Source: Rebecca billardiae RCC1528 (Eukaryota; Protista; Haptophyta). Taken from it: a DNA stretch of 64,000 nt. A program made the position numbers and the translations under genes. Each line of letters starts with the position of its first letter. Positions within the stretch are counted from its first letter, which is position 1. Positions 48,701 through 59,624 of this stretch are shown piece by piece. The stretch is taken from contig OZ251246.1 in assembly GCA_965240325.2 (NCBI GenBank), positions 1,264,398 through 1,328,397 on the forward strand, given 5' to 3'. The notes below the pieces were generated by a model. It made no database searches and had not been told where the DNA came from. It saw only the letters and a program-made list of their open reading frames with translations.

Positions 48701-51700
48701 GAGCGAGGTGGAGCGGCGTGGAGTGGCGTGGAGCGCTCGCGGCTGTGTATCCGGGCGTATACGATCCGTCCGTTCTGAGGCGGAGCGCCGGCCTCGAGGC
48801 GCGCGGCTGGAGTGCAGCAGCACGCCGGCTCTTGGCGATGCGCGTACGCTGGGCCTGCGCGCCCTCAGCAGCAGCAGCGGCGGCGCGCCGAGTCTGGTGG
48901 CGGAGCGACGTGGAGCGGCGTGGAGCGGCGTGGAGCGCTTGCGGCTGTGCGTTCGGACGTCCCCGACCCGGTCGTGCCGAGGCGGAGCGCCGGCCTCGAG
49001 GCGCGCGGCTGGAGTGCAGCAGCACGCCGGCTCTTGGCGAGGCGCGTACGCTGGGCCTGCGCGCCCTCAGCAGCGGCGGCGCGCCGAGTCAGGTGGCGGA
49101 GCGAGGTGGAGCGGCGTGGAGCGGCGTGGAGCGCTCGCGGCTGTGTATCCGGGCGTATACGACCCGGTCGTGCCGAGGCGGAGCGCCGGCCTCGAGGCGC
49201 GCGGCTGGAGTGCAGCAGCACGCCGGCTCTTGGCGAGGCGCGTACGCTGGGCCTGCGCGCCCTCGGCAGCAGCAGCGGCGGCGCGCCGAGTCAGGTGGCG
49301 GAGCGTGGTGGAGCGGCGTGGAGCGGCGTAGAGCGCTCGCGGCTGTGTATCCGGGCGTATACGATCCGTCCGTTCTGAGGCGGAGCGCCGGCCTCGAGGC
49401 GCGCGGCTGGAGTGCAGCAGCACGCCGGCTCTTGGTGACGCGCGTACGCTGGGCCTCGCGTGCCGTCAGCAGCAGCAGCGGCGGCGCGCCGAGTCTGGTG
49501 GCGGAGCGAGGTGGAGCGGCGTGGAGCGGCGTGGAGCGCTCGCGGCTGTGTATCCGGGCGTATACGATCCGTCCGTTCTGAGGCGGAGCGCCGGCCTCGA
49601 GGCGCGCGGCTGGAGTGCAGCAGCACGCCGGCTCTTGGCGAGGCGCGTACGCTGGGCCTGCGCGCCCTCGGCAGCAGCAGCGGCGGCGCGCCGAGTCAGG
49701 TGGCGGAGCGACGTGGAGCGGCGTGGAGCGGCGTGGAGCGCTCGCGGCTGTGCGTTCGGACGTCCCCGACCCGGTCGTGCCGAGGCGGAGCGCCGGCCTC
49801 GAGGCGCGCGGCTGGAGTGCAGCAGCACGCCGGCTCTTGGTGACGCGCGTACGCTGGGCCTCGCGCGCCCTCAGCAGCAGCAGCGGCGGCGCGCCGAGTC
49901 TGGTGGCGGAGCGAGGTGGAGCGGCGTGGAGCGGCGTGGAGCGCTTGCGGCTGTGCGTTCGGTCGTACTCGACCCGGCCGTGCCGAGGCGGAGCGCCGGC
50001 CTCGAGGCGCGCGGCTGGAGTGCAGCAGCACGCCGGCTCTTGGCGATGCGCGTACGCTGGGCCTGCGCGCCCTCAGCAGCGGCGGCGCGCCGAGTCTGGT
50101 GGCGGAGCGAGGTGGAGCGGCGTGGAGCGGCGTGGAGCGCTCGCGGCTGTGTATCCGGGCGTATACGATCCGTCCGTTCTGAGGCGGAGCGCCGGCCTCG
50201 AGGCGCGCGGCTGGAGTGCAGCAGCACGCCGGCTCTTGGCGAGGCGCGTACGCTGGGCCTGCGCGCCCTCAGCAGCGGCGGCGCCGCGCCGAGTCAGGCG
50301 GCGGAGCGAGGTGGAGCGGCGTGGAGCGGCGTGGAGCGCTTGCGGCTGTGCGTTCGGACGTTCCCGACCCGGTCGTGCCGAGGCGGAGCGCCGGCCTCGA
50401 GGCGCGCGGCTGGAGTGCAGCAGCACGCCGGCTCTTGGCGACGCGCGTACGCTGGGCCTGCGCGCCCTCAGCAGCAGCAGCGCGCCGAGTCTGGTGGCGG
50501 AGCGAGGTGGAGCGGCGTGGAGCGGCGTGGAGCGCTCGCTGCTGTGTATCCGGGCGTATACGATCCGTCCGTTCTGAGGCGGAGCGCCGGCCTCGAGGCG
50601 CGCGGCTGGAGTGCAGCAGCACGCCGGCTCTTGGCGAGGCGCGTACGCTGGGCCTGCGCGCCGTCAGCAGCAGCAGCGGCGGCGCGCCGAGTCTGGTGGC
50701 GGAGCGAGGTGGAGCGGCGTGGAGTGGCGTGGAGCGCTCGCGGCTGTGTATCCGGGCGTATACGATCCGTCCGTTCTGAGGCGGAGCGCCGGCCTCGAGG
50801 CGCGCGGCTGGAGTGCAGCAGCACGCCGGCTCTTGGCGATGCGCGTACGCTGGGCCTGCGCGCCCTCAGCAGCAGCAGCGGCGGCGCGCCGAGTCTGGTG
50901 GCGGAGCGACGTGGAGCGGCGTGGAGCGGCGTGGAGCGCTTGCGGCTGTGCGTTCGGACGTCCCCGACCCGGTCGTGCCGAGGCGGAGCGCCGGCCTCGA
51001 GGCGCGCGGCTGGAGTGCAGCAGCACGCCGGCTCTTGGTGACGCGCGTACGCTGGGCCTCGCGCGCCCTCGGCAGCAGCAGCGGCGGCGCGCCGAGTCTG
51101 GTGGCGGAGCGAGGTGGAGCGGCGTGGAGCGGCGTGGAGCGCTCGCGGCTGTGCGTTCGGACGTTTCCGACCCGGTCGTGCCGAGGCGGAGCGCCGGCCT
51201 CGAGGCGCGCGGCTGGAGTGCAGCAGCACGCCGGCTCTTGGCGAGGCGCGTACGCTGGGCCTGCGCGCCCTCAGCAGCGGCGGCGCGCCGAGTCTGGTGG
51301 CGGAGCGAGGTGGAGCGGCGTGGAGCGGCGTGGAGCGCTTGCGGCTGTGCGTTCGGCCGTCCCCGACCCGGTCGTGCCGAGGCCGAGCGCCGGCCTCGAG
51401 GCGCGCGGCTGGAGTGCAGCAGCACGCCGGCTCTTGGCGAGGCGCGTACGCTGGGCCTGCGCGCCCTCAGCAGCGGCGGCGCGCCGAGTCAGGTGGCGGA
51501 GCGAGGTGGAGCGGCGTGGAGCGGCGTGGAGCGCTCGCGGCTGTGTATCCGGGCGTATACGACCCGGTCGTGCCGAGGCGGAGCGCCGGCCTCGAGGCGC
51601 GCGGCTGGAGTGCAGCAGCACGCCGGCTCTTGGCGAGGCGCGTACGCTGGGCCTGCGCGCCCTCGGCAGCAGCAGCGGCGGCGCGCCGAGTCAGGTGGCG

Positions 51701-54700
51701 GAGCGTGGTGGAGCGGCGTGGAGCGGCGTGGAGCGCTCGCGGCTGTGTATCCGGGCGTATACGATCCGTCCGTTCTGAGGCGGAGCGCCGGCCTCGAGGC
51801 GCGCGGCTGGAGTGCAGCAGCACGCCGGCTCTTGGTGACGCGCGTACGCTGGGCCTCGCGCGCCCTCGGCAGCAGCTGCGGCGCGCCGAGTCTGGTGGCG
51901 GAGCGAGGTGGAGCGGCGTGGAGCGGCGTGAAGCGCTCGCGGCTGTGTATCCGGATGTACCCGACCTGGCCGTGCCGAGGCGGAGCGCCGGCCTCGGGTG
52001 CGTGGGTGGAGCGCAGCAGCACGCCCGCCTGCGGCGCCCGGCGAGCCGCGCACGCCGGGCCTCGCGCGCCTTCGGCAGCAGCTGCGGCACGCCATGTCTG
52101 GTGGCGGAGCGAGGTGGAGCGGCGTGGAGCGGCGTGGAGCGCTCGCGGCTGTGTATCCGGCCGTGCCCGCCCCGGCCGTAGCGAGGCGGAGCGCCGGCCT
52201 CGGGCGCGTGGCTGGAGCGCAGCAGCACGCCCGCCTGCGGCGCCCGGCGAGGCGCGCACGCTGGGCCTCGCGCGCCCTCGGCAGCAGCCGTGGCGGCGCG
52301 CCGAGTCAGGTGGCCGAGCGAGGTGGAGCGGCGTGAAGCGGCGTGGAGCGCTCGCGGCGGTGTGTCCAGACGTACCCGACCTGGCCGTGCCGAGGCGGAG
52401 CATCGGCCTCGGGCGCGCGACTCGAGTGTAGCAGCACGCCCGCCGGCGGCTCCCTATGACGCGCGCACGCTGGGCCTCGCGCGCCCTCGGCAGCAGCTGC
52501 GGCGCGCCAAGTCAGGCGGCGGAGCGAGGTGGAGCGGCGTGGAGCGGCGTGGAGCGCTCGCGGCTGTGCGTTCGGATGTACCCGACCCGGCCGTGCCGAG
52601 GCGGAGTGCCGGCCTCGGGGCGCGCGGCGGGAGTGCGGCAGCACGCGGCCGGCGGCGCCCAGTGACGCGGGTACGCCGGGGCTGCGCGCCCTTAGCAGCA
52701 GCCGTGGCGGCGCGACGAGTCAGGTGGCGGAGCGAGGTGGAGCGGCGTGGAGCGGCGTTGAGCGCTCGCGGCTGCCCGATCGGAAGTACTAGCACCGGCC
52801 GTGCCGAGGCGGGGCGCCGGCCTCGGGCGCGTGGCTGGAGTGAAGCAGCACGCGGTCGGCGGCGCCCGGCGAGGCGTGCACGCTGGGCCTCGCGCGCCTT
52901 CGGCAGCAGGTGCGGCGCGCCGAGTCAGGTAGGTGGCGGAGATAGGTGGAGCGGCGTGGAGCGGCGTGGAGCGCTCGCGGCGGTGTGTCCACACGTACTC
53001 GCCTCGGCCGTGCCGAGGCGGAGCGCCGGCCCCGGGCGCGTGGCTTGAGCGCAGCAGCACGCTCGCCTGCGGCGCCTGGCGAGGCGCGCACGCTGGGCCT
53101 CGCGCGCCTTCGGCAGCAGCTGCGGCGCGCCAAGTCTGGTGGCGGAGCGAGGTGGAGCGGCGTGGAGCGGCGTGGAGCGCTCGCGGCTGTGTATCCGGAC
53201 GTGCCCGCCCCGGCCGTGCCGAGGCGGAGCGCCGGCCTCGGGGCGCGTGGCGGGAGTGCGGCAGCACGCGGCCGGCGGCGCCCGGCGAGGCGCGCACGCT
53301 GGGCCTCGCGCGCCTTCGGCAGCAGCCGTGGCGGCGCTCCGAGTCAGGTGGCGGAGAGAGGTGGAGCGGCTTGGAGCGGCGTGGAGCGCTCGCGGCGGTG
53401 TGTCCATACGTATTCGACCCAGCCGTGCCGAGGCGGAGCACCGGCCTCGGGCGCGCGACTCGAGTGCAGCAGCACGCCCGCCGGCGGCTCCCTGTGACGC
53501 GCGCACGCTGGGCCTCGCGCGCCCTCGGCAGCAGCTGCGGCGCGCCGAGTCTGGTGGCGGAGCGAGGTGGAGCGGCGTGGAGCGCTCGCGGCGGTGTGTC
53601 CAGATGTACTCGACCCGGCCGTGCCGAGGCGGAGCGCCGGCCTCGGGGCGCGCGGCGGAAGTGCGGCAGCACGCGGCCGGCGGCGCCCGGTGACGCGGGT
53701 ACGCAGGGCCTGTGCCCCCTCAGCAGCAGCCGTGGCGGCGCGCCGAGTTAGGTGGCGGAGCGAGGTGGAGCGGCGTGGAGCGGCGTGGAGCGCTCGCGGC
53801 TGTGTATCTGGACGTGCCCGCCCCGGCCGTGCCGAGGCGGAGCGCCGGCCTCGGGCACGTGGCTTGAGCGCAGCAGCACGCCCGCCTGCGGCGCCCGGTG
53901 AGGCGCGCACGCTGGGCCTCGCGCGCCCTCGGCAGCAGCCGTGGCGGCGCGACGAGTCTGGTGGCGGAGCGAGGTGGAGCGGCGTGGAGCGGCGTGGAGC
54001 GCTCGCGGCTGTGTATCCGGCCGTGCCAGCCCCGGCCGTAGCGAGGCGGAGCGCCGGCCTCGGGCGCGTGGCTGGAGCGCAGCAGCACGCCCGCCTGCGG
54101 CTCCCTGTGAGGTGCGCACGCTCGGCCTCGCGCGCCCTCGGCAGCAGCTGCGGCGCGCCGAGTCTGGTGGCGGAGCGAGGTGGAGCGGCGTGGAGCGGCG
54201 TGGAGCGCTCGCGGCTGTGCGTTCGGACGTACTCGACTCGGCCGTAGCGAGGCGGAGCGCCGGCCTCGGGCGCGCGGCTGGAGCGCAGCAGCACGCCCGC
54301 CTGCGGCGCCCGGCGAGGCGCGCACGCTGGGCCTCGCGCGCCTTCGGCAGCAGCTGCGGCGCGCCAAGTCTGGTGGCGGAGCGAGGTGGAGCGGCGTGGA
54401 GCGGCGTGGAGCGCTCGCGGCTGTGTATCCGGACGTGCCCGCCCCGGCCGTGCCGAGGCGGAGCGCCGGCCTCGGGGCGCGTGGCGGGAGTGCGGCAGCA
54501 CGCGGCCGGCGGCGCCCGGCGAGGCGCGCACGCTGGGCCTCGCGCGCCTTCGGCAGCAGCCGTGGCGGCGCTCCGAGTCAGGTGGCGGAGAGAGGTGGAG
54601 CGGCTTGGAGCGGCGTGGAGCGCTCGCGGCGGTGTGTCCATACGTATTCGACGCAGCCGTGCCGAGGCGGAGCACCGGCCTCGGGCGCGCGACTCGAGTG

Positions 54701-56733
54701 CAGCAGCACGCCCGCCGGCGGCTCCCTGTGACGCGCGCACGCTGGGCCTCGCGCGCCCTCGGCAGCAGCTGCGCCGAGTCCAAGTCTGGTGGCGGAGCGG
54801 GGTGGAGCGGCGTGGAGCGGCGTGGAGCGCTCGAGGCTGTGCGCCCGGGCGTACCCGACCCGGCCGTGCCGAGGCGGAGCGCCGGCCTCGGGCGCGTGGC
54901 TTGAGCGCAGCAGCACGCCCGCCGGCGGCGCCCGGCGAGGCGCGCACGCTGGGCCTCGCGCGCCTTCGGCAGCAGCTGCGGCGCGCCGAGTCTGGTGGCG
55001 GAGCGAGGTGGAGCGGCGTGGAGCGGCGTGGAGCGCTCGCGGCTGTGCGTTCGGACGTACCCGACCCGGCCGTGCCGAGGCGGATCGCTGGCCTCGGGCG
55101 CGCGGCTGGAGCGCAGCAGCACGCCCGCCTGCGGCGCCCGGCGAGGCGCGCACGCTGGGCCTGCGCGCTGTCAGCATCAGCAGCGGCGGCGCGCCGAGTC
55201 TGGTGGCGGAGCGAGGTGGAGCGGCGTGGAGCGGCGTGGAGCGCTCGCGGCTGTGTATCCGGACGTGCCCGCCCCGGCCGTGCCGAGGCGGAGCATCGGC
55301 CTCGGGCGCGCGACTCGAGTGTAGCAGCACGCCCGCCGGCGGCTCCCTATGACGCGCGCACGCTGGGCCTCGCGCGCCCTCGGCAGCAGCTGCGGCGCGC
55401 CAAGTCAGGCGGCGGAGCGAGGTGGAGCGGCGTGGAGCGGCGTGGAGCGCTCGCGGCTGTGCGTTCGGATGTACCCGACCCGGCCGTGCCGAGGCGGAGT
55501 GCCGGCCTCGGGGCGCGCGGCGGGAGTGCGGCAGCACGCCCGCCTGCGGCGCCCGGCGAGGCGCGCACGCTGGGCCTGCGCGCTGTCAGCATCAGCAGCG
55601 GCGGCGCGCCGAGTCTGGTGGCGGAGCGAGGTGGAGCGGCGTGGAGCGGCGTGGAGCGCTCGCGGCTGTGTATCCGGACGTGCCCGCCCCGGCCGTAGCG
55701 AGGCGGAGCGCCGGCCTCGGGCGCGCGGCTGGAGCGCAGCAGCACGCCCGCCTGCGGCGCCCGGCGAGGCGCGCACGCTGGGCCTGCGCGCACTTGGCAG
55801 CAGCCGTCGCGGCGCGCCGAGTCTGGTGGCGGAGCGAGGTGGAGCGGCGTGGAGCGGCGTGGAGCGCTCGCGGCTGTGTATCCGGACGTGCCCGCTTCGG
55901 CCGTAGCGAGGCGGAGCGCCGGCCTCGGGCACGCGGCTGGAGCGCAGCAGCACGCCCGCCTGCGGCGCCCGGCGAGTTGCGCACGCTGGGCCTCGCGTGC
56001 CTTCGGCAGCACCTGCGGCGCGCCGAGTCTGGTGGCGGAGCGAGGTGGAGCGGCGTGGAGCGGCGTGGAGCGCTCGCGGCTGTGCGCTCGGACGTACTCG
56101 ACCCGGCTGTGCCGAGGCGGAGCGCCGGCCTCGGGCGCGTGACTGGAGTGAAGCAGCACGCCCGCCTGCGGCGCCCGGCCAGGCGCGCACGCTGGGCCTC
56201 GCGCGCCTTCGGCAGCAGCTGCGGCGCGCCGAGTCTGGTGGCGGAGCGAGGTGGAGCGGCGTGGAGCGGCGTGGAGCGCTCGCGGCTGCTCGGTCGGATG
56301 TAGTCGCTCCGGCCTTGCCGAGGCGGAGCGCCGGCCTCGGGCGCGTGACTGGAGTGAAGCAGCACGCCCGCCTGCGGCGCCCGGCGAGGCGCGCACGCTG
56401 GGCCTCGCGCGCCTTCGGCAGCAGCTGCGGCGCGCCGAGTCTGGTGGCGGAGCGAGGTGGAGCGGCGTGGAGCGGCGTGGAGCGCTCGCGGCTGCTCGGT
56501 CGGATGTAGTCGCTCCGGCCGTGCCGAGGCGGAGCGCCGGCCTCGGGCGCGTGACTGGAGTGAAGCAGCACGCCCGCCTGCGGCGCCCGGCGAGGCGCGC
56601 ACGCTGGGCCTCGCGCGCCTTCGGCAGCAGCAGCGGCGCGCCGAGTCTGGTGGCGGAGCGAGGTGGAGCGGCGTGGAGCGGCGTGGAGCGCTCGCGGCTG
56701 TGCGTTCGGACGTGCCCGCCCCGGCCGTAGCGA
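33706..56733. repeat. Subtelomeric satellite array, ~196-209-bp monomer, ~110 copies, head-to-tail
   Basis: Core GGTGGCGGAGCGAG(GTGGAGCGGC)2GTGGAGCGCTCGCGGCTG in every unit; ORF-track starts recur at 206-bp and 196-bp spacing. Confidence 0.98.
43160..51860. repeat. Homogeneous B-subfamily core of the satellite with 2001-bp (10-mer) and 2400-bp (12-mer) higher-order repeats
   Basis: Diagnostic CCTCGAGGCGCGCGGCTGGAGTGCAGCAGCACGCCGGCTCTTGG. Equivalent ORFs start at 45289/47290/49291 and 44209/46609/48610/50611. Confidence 0.92.
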
Positions 56734-56880
56734 GTTAGAAGTATGTTTTCTCGAGATTGACCGAGCCAAATTCTCTCAAAATTGGAGGGCCCTTAGCCCT
56801 TCCCATTTCCATGGCAGAGCCCAAGTCTCGTTGAAATCGGTTCGGTCAATCTCGAGAAATTCTCATTTTAGTACCGGCCA
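56734..56880. other. Hairpin module copy 1 (Helitron-like non-autonomous core)
   Basis: Perfect 18-bp inverted repeat TTTCTCGAGATTGACCGA (56747-56764) / TCGGTCAATCTCGAGAAA (56842-56859). Confidence 0.7.
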
Positions 56881-57066
56881 CCCTAACCACCACCCTAACC
56901 CTAACCCTCACCTGCGCCCTAACCCTTACCTGCGCCCTAACCCTTACCTGCGCCCTAACCCTTACCTGCGCCCTAACCCTTACCTGTGCCCTAACCCTTA
57001 CCTGCGCCCTAACCCTTACCTGCGCCCTAACCCTTACCTGCGCCCTAACCCTTACCCTCACCCTCA
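56881..57066 (-). repeat. Inverted interstitial telomere-variant minisatellite (CCCTAA-CCCTTA-CCTGCG)x~8
   Basis: 18-bp unit built from three hexamers; C-strand on +, opposite to the terminal telomere. Confidence 0.92.
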
Positions 57067-57510
57067 CATTGTACATTTGGAATGTACAATGTACATTTGG
57101 AATGTACATTGTACATTCGGAAGTGTACATCTTACATTTGGAATGTACATTGTACATTCGGAAGTGTACATTGTACATTTGGAATGTAGTACATTGTACA
57201 TTTGGAATGTACATTGTACATTCGGAAATGTACATTGTACATTTGGAATGTACTACATTGTACATTCGGATACATTTGATCATCAGATGTACTGTTGCAA
57301 TGTACATTCGGATACATTCAGATGTACAATCAAGCAGTGTACAGAGTGTACAAAGTGTACAAATGTGTACATTCAAAATGTATACAATAGTGTACATTCA
57401 TATGTACAATCAAGAAGTGTACAAAGTGTACAATATACCGTCAGAATCTACATTCGGATACATTCAGAGGAATGAGCAAAAACATACAGAGTGTACAGAT
57501 ATGTACAGTC
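57067..57510. repeat. TGTACA-rich palindromic minisatellite (~20-bp unit TGTACATTYGGAATGTACAT), degenerating rightwards
   Basis: Dozens of TGTACA palindromes; AT-rich. Confidence 0.9.
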
Positions 57511-57820
57511 AAAAACGTACTTTCGCGCCTGCAGTCTCAGAGCACAGCACCGGTCGATGCAGGCCCCGCCCCGCCCCCCCATCTGAAGCCTAGTCCTACT
57601 TGACTCTGGTGAGCAGCAACTGGTGAGAGCAGCTGCTCGTACATACGTCCTAGTTCTGTGCTACTGGGAGTATCCCTCAATAATGTGGTTGGCATCAGCA
57701 CCAGTCAGTCGATCTCGAGTTGCAGCTGTGAGCTGTCAATCATCGATGATGAGACCTCAATGATGACAACGACAGTTGATAGGGCAAATCAAGCGCATGG
57801 CTGCTAAGCAGAGTGGCTAG

Positions 57821-57977
57821 GTTAGAAGGAGGCGTTCTCGAGATCCGACCACGCGATTGCTCTGAAAATTGGAGGGCCCCTAGCCCTTCCCATTTCCATG
57901 GCAGACACCAAATCTCATCGAAAACGCGTGGTGGAATCTCGAGTTATGGCCATTTCCGTCCCAAACCCTAACCCTAC
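57821..57977. other. Hairpin module copy 2 followed by AACCCTAACCCTA
   Basis: Same GTTAGAAG start and near-identical 41-nt central segment as copy 1; stem CTCGAGAT..ACCACGCG / CGCGTGGT..ATCTCGAG. Confidence 0.7.
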
Positions 57978-58703
57978 CGGCTCGGGAAAATAGCCGGGCC
58001 GCCGGCCGAGGTCCGATCTGAACGCTCCCGACGATGTCGGAGCGCCTCTCCAGCGCGACCGAGCCGCCGTGTGTCGGGTAGACCACAGCCAACACCTATC
58101 GCGCGCTCCAGCGCTTTGCGCGTGCTCACGGATGGGATCCGTGTATAAGAGGTGCCCACTCCCCAAAATCACGGGGCCACGCGCGCACTCGGCTAGTCGT
58201 GATGGGCAAGGTATGAGGACCCCTCCCCAATTTATTTGGCGGCAGTCTCATATGCCGATCTCGAGTCTTGGCTCGTCGCGTGGGCGGGCGGAGCCCGACC
58301 GGGCCTCCGACCGGCTCACGTCAACCGTGCAGGTGGCGAGCGGGTCGGGGGCGCGGCAACAAAGCTGCCTGACGTGACCAGCATGCCCCACTGAGTCGCC
58401 TGATAGCTTCTTCCGACCCTTCTCATATGCCGTTCCGCCGCTCTCACCCTCCAGAGTCGCCCAGCCACGACGCTGGGCGGGCCGGCCGCCATGGCGCGGC
58501 GGCAGCAGAGCCTCAGTCCAGCGCGCGGCCGTTTCACCGGGCGAATCTGTCCGAATATTGGTTTTTGAATACTACGACTACTTGTTTTTTCCATGCCACC
58601 GCCAAAAATTGCCGCCGGCGACGATGGCTGCCACCGAGCTGCTCCCGCGCGCCGCGCCCGCCGCCGGCAGTGAGCGGGCTGAACGAGCGTTCGGAGGCGG
58701 TCC

Positions 58704-58771
58704 AAAGCGGGGGTGTGGGGGCGGCAGCCCCCATGGAAGAAAAAGCGGGGGTGTGGGGGCGGCAGCCCCCA
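58704..58771. repeat. Direct repeat x2 of AAAGCGGGGGTGTGGGGGCGGCAGCCCCCA (G-rich hairpin)
   Basis: Two identical copies, 38-bp period. Confidence 0.85.
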
Positions 58772-59624
58772 CCCTTGAGCCTTATTTCGACAGCCTCATG
58801 ACTGAATGCGCAGAGCAAGGTGCAAGCCTTCCGCCGCCACCGGCGCCGGCGGCGGTGGTGAGGGCGCCGCGCGCATGCCCGCAGTGTGCGTGGATCGCGC
58901 GGTTAGCGCGTACGCGCCGCGCGCGGCGCGCACGCGCGCCCTCGCTCACCTCACGTGCCCACCATGCTGCCCGGCCGGCCGAGACGTCACAGCCGGCGTC
59001 CGGGGGCGCCAGCCAGCGCAGCGGGTGCGGCGGCGGTGGCCAGCGTGCGAGGCATCGCCTCGGGCCGCGCTGGAGGCGGCGGTGCGCGAGCGAGCGCTCG
59101 CGTTGCGCGTGCGCGCGCCTCTTCGCGCGGACCTCCGCTCCTCGCCTCACCCAACGCTGCCGCGCGGTAGGTCGGCAGCCGAGCGGCCGACCCGTCCACG
59201 CTCGGCAGCGGGGCTACACCGAGCGGCGACGAGCGCTGGGTGCGCCCGCGAGCCAGTGCCCGGCAGCGCGGCAGCGTGGGTAGCTTGGGCGCGGATGCTG
59301 GTGCCCGTGCGCCCCTTGCGCCTGCCGCCGCCGCGCTTGCGCTGCAGCCGCTCTGCGTGCCGTGGCACCCAGCCGGCCGGCCGGTCAGCTCGGACGGCGG
59401 TCGGGCGGTGGCCGCCTCCAGCTGACGCCTAGGTTGCAGTGGCCGCTTGGCGCACCCGAGCAGCGGCAGCGCGCGCGTGCCGCCGCCGCCGCTCGGGCGA
59501 GCGGTGCACTCACGTGCGAGCGCGCCGCGCGCTCGCGCGGCGCGGGGCGTGACAGCCGCCACCCAGTCCCAGCGAGCTCAGCGACCTAGGCTCAGCCCGT
59601 GACCCATTCTATGATATGACCTCA

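Noticed and set aside
33706-56733. CRISPR-like repeat/spacer pattern and hundreds of ORFs in the satellite
   Set aside because: The conserved part is ~170 bp, the variable slots are mutually related and recur, there are no cas genes and the context is eukaryotic. The ORFs are stop-poor GC repeat translations that shift frame each monomer.
57961-57977. AACCCTAACCCTA next to a hairpin as a telomerase RNA template
   Set aside because: The paralogous module is followed by an expanded variant array instead; no pseudoknot or promoter evidence can be seen. A repeat-derived origin is simpler.
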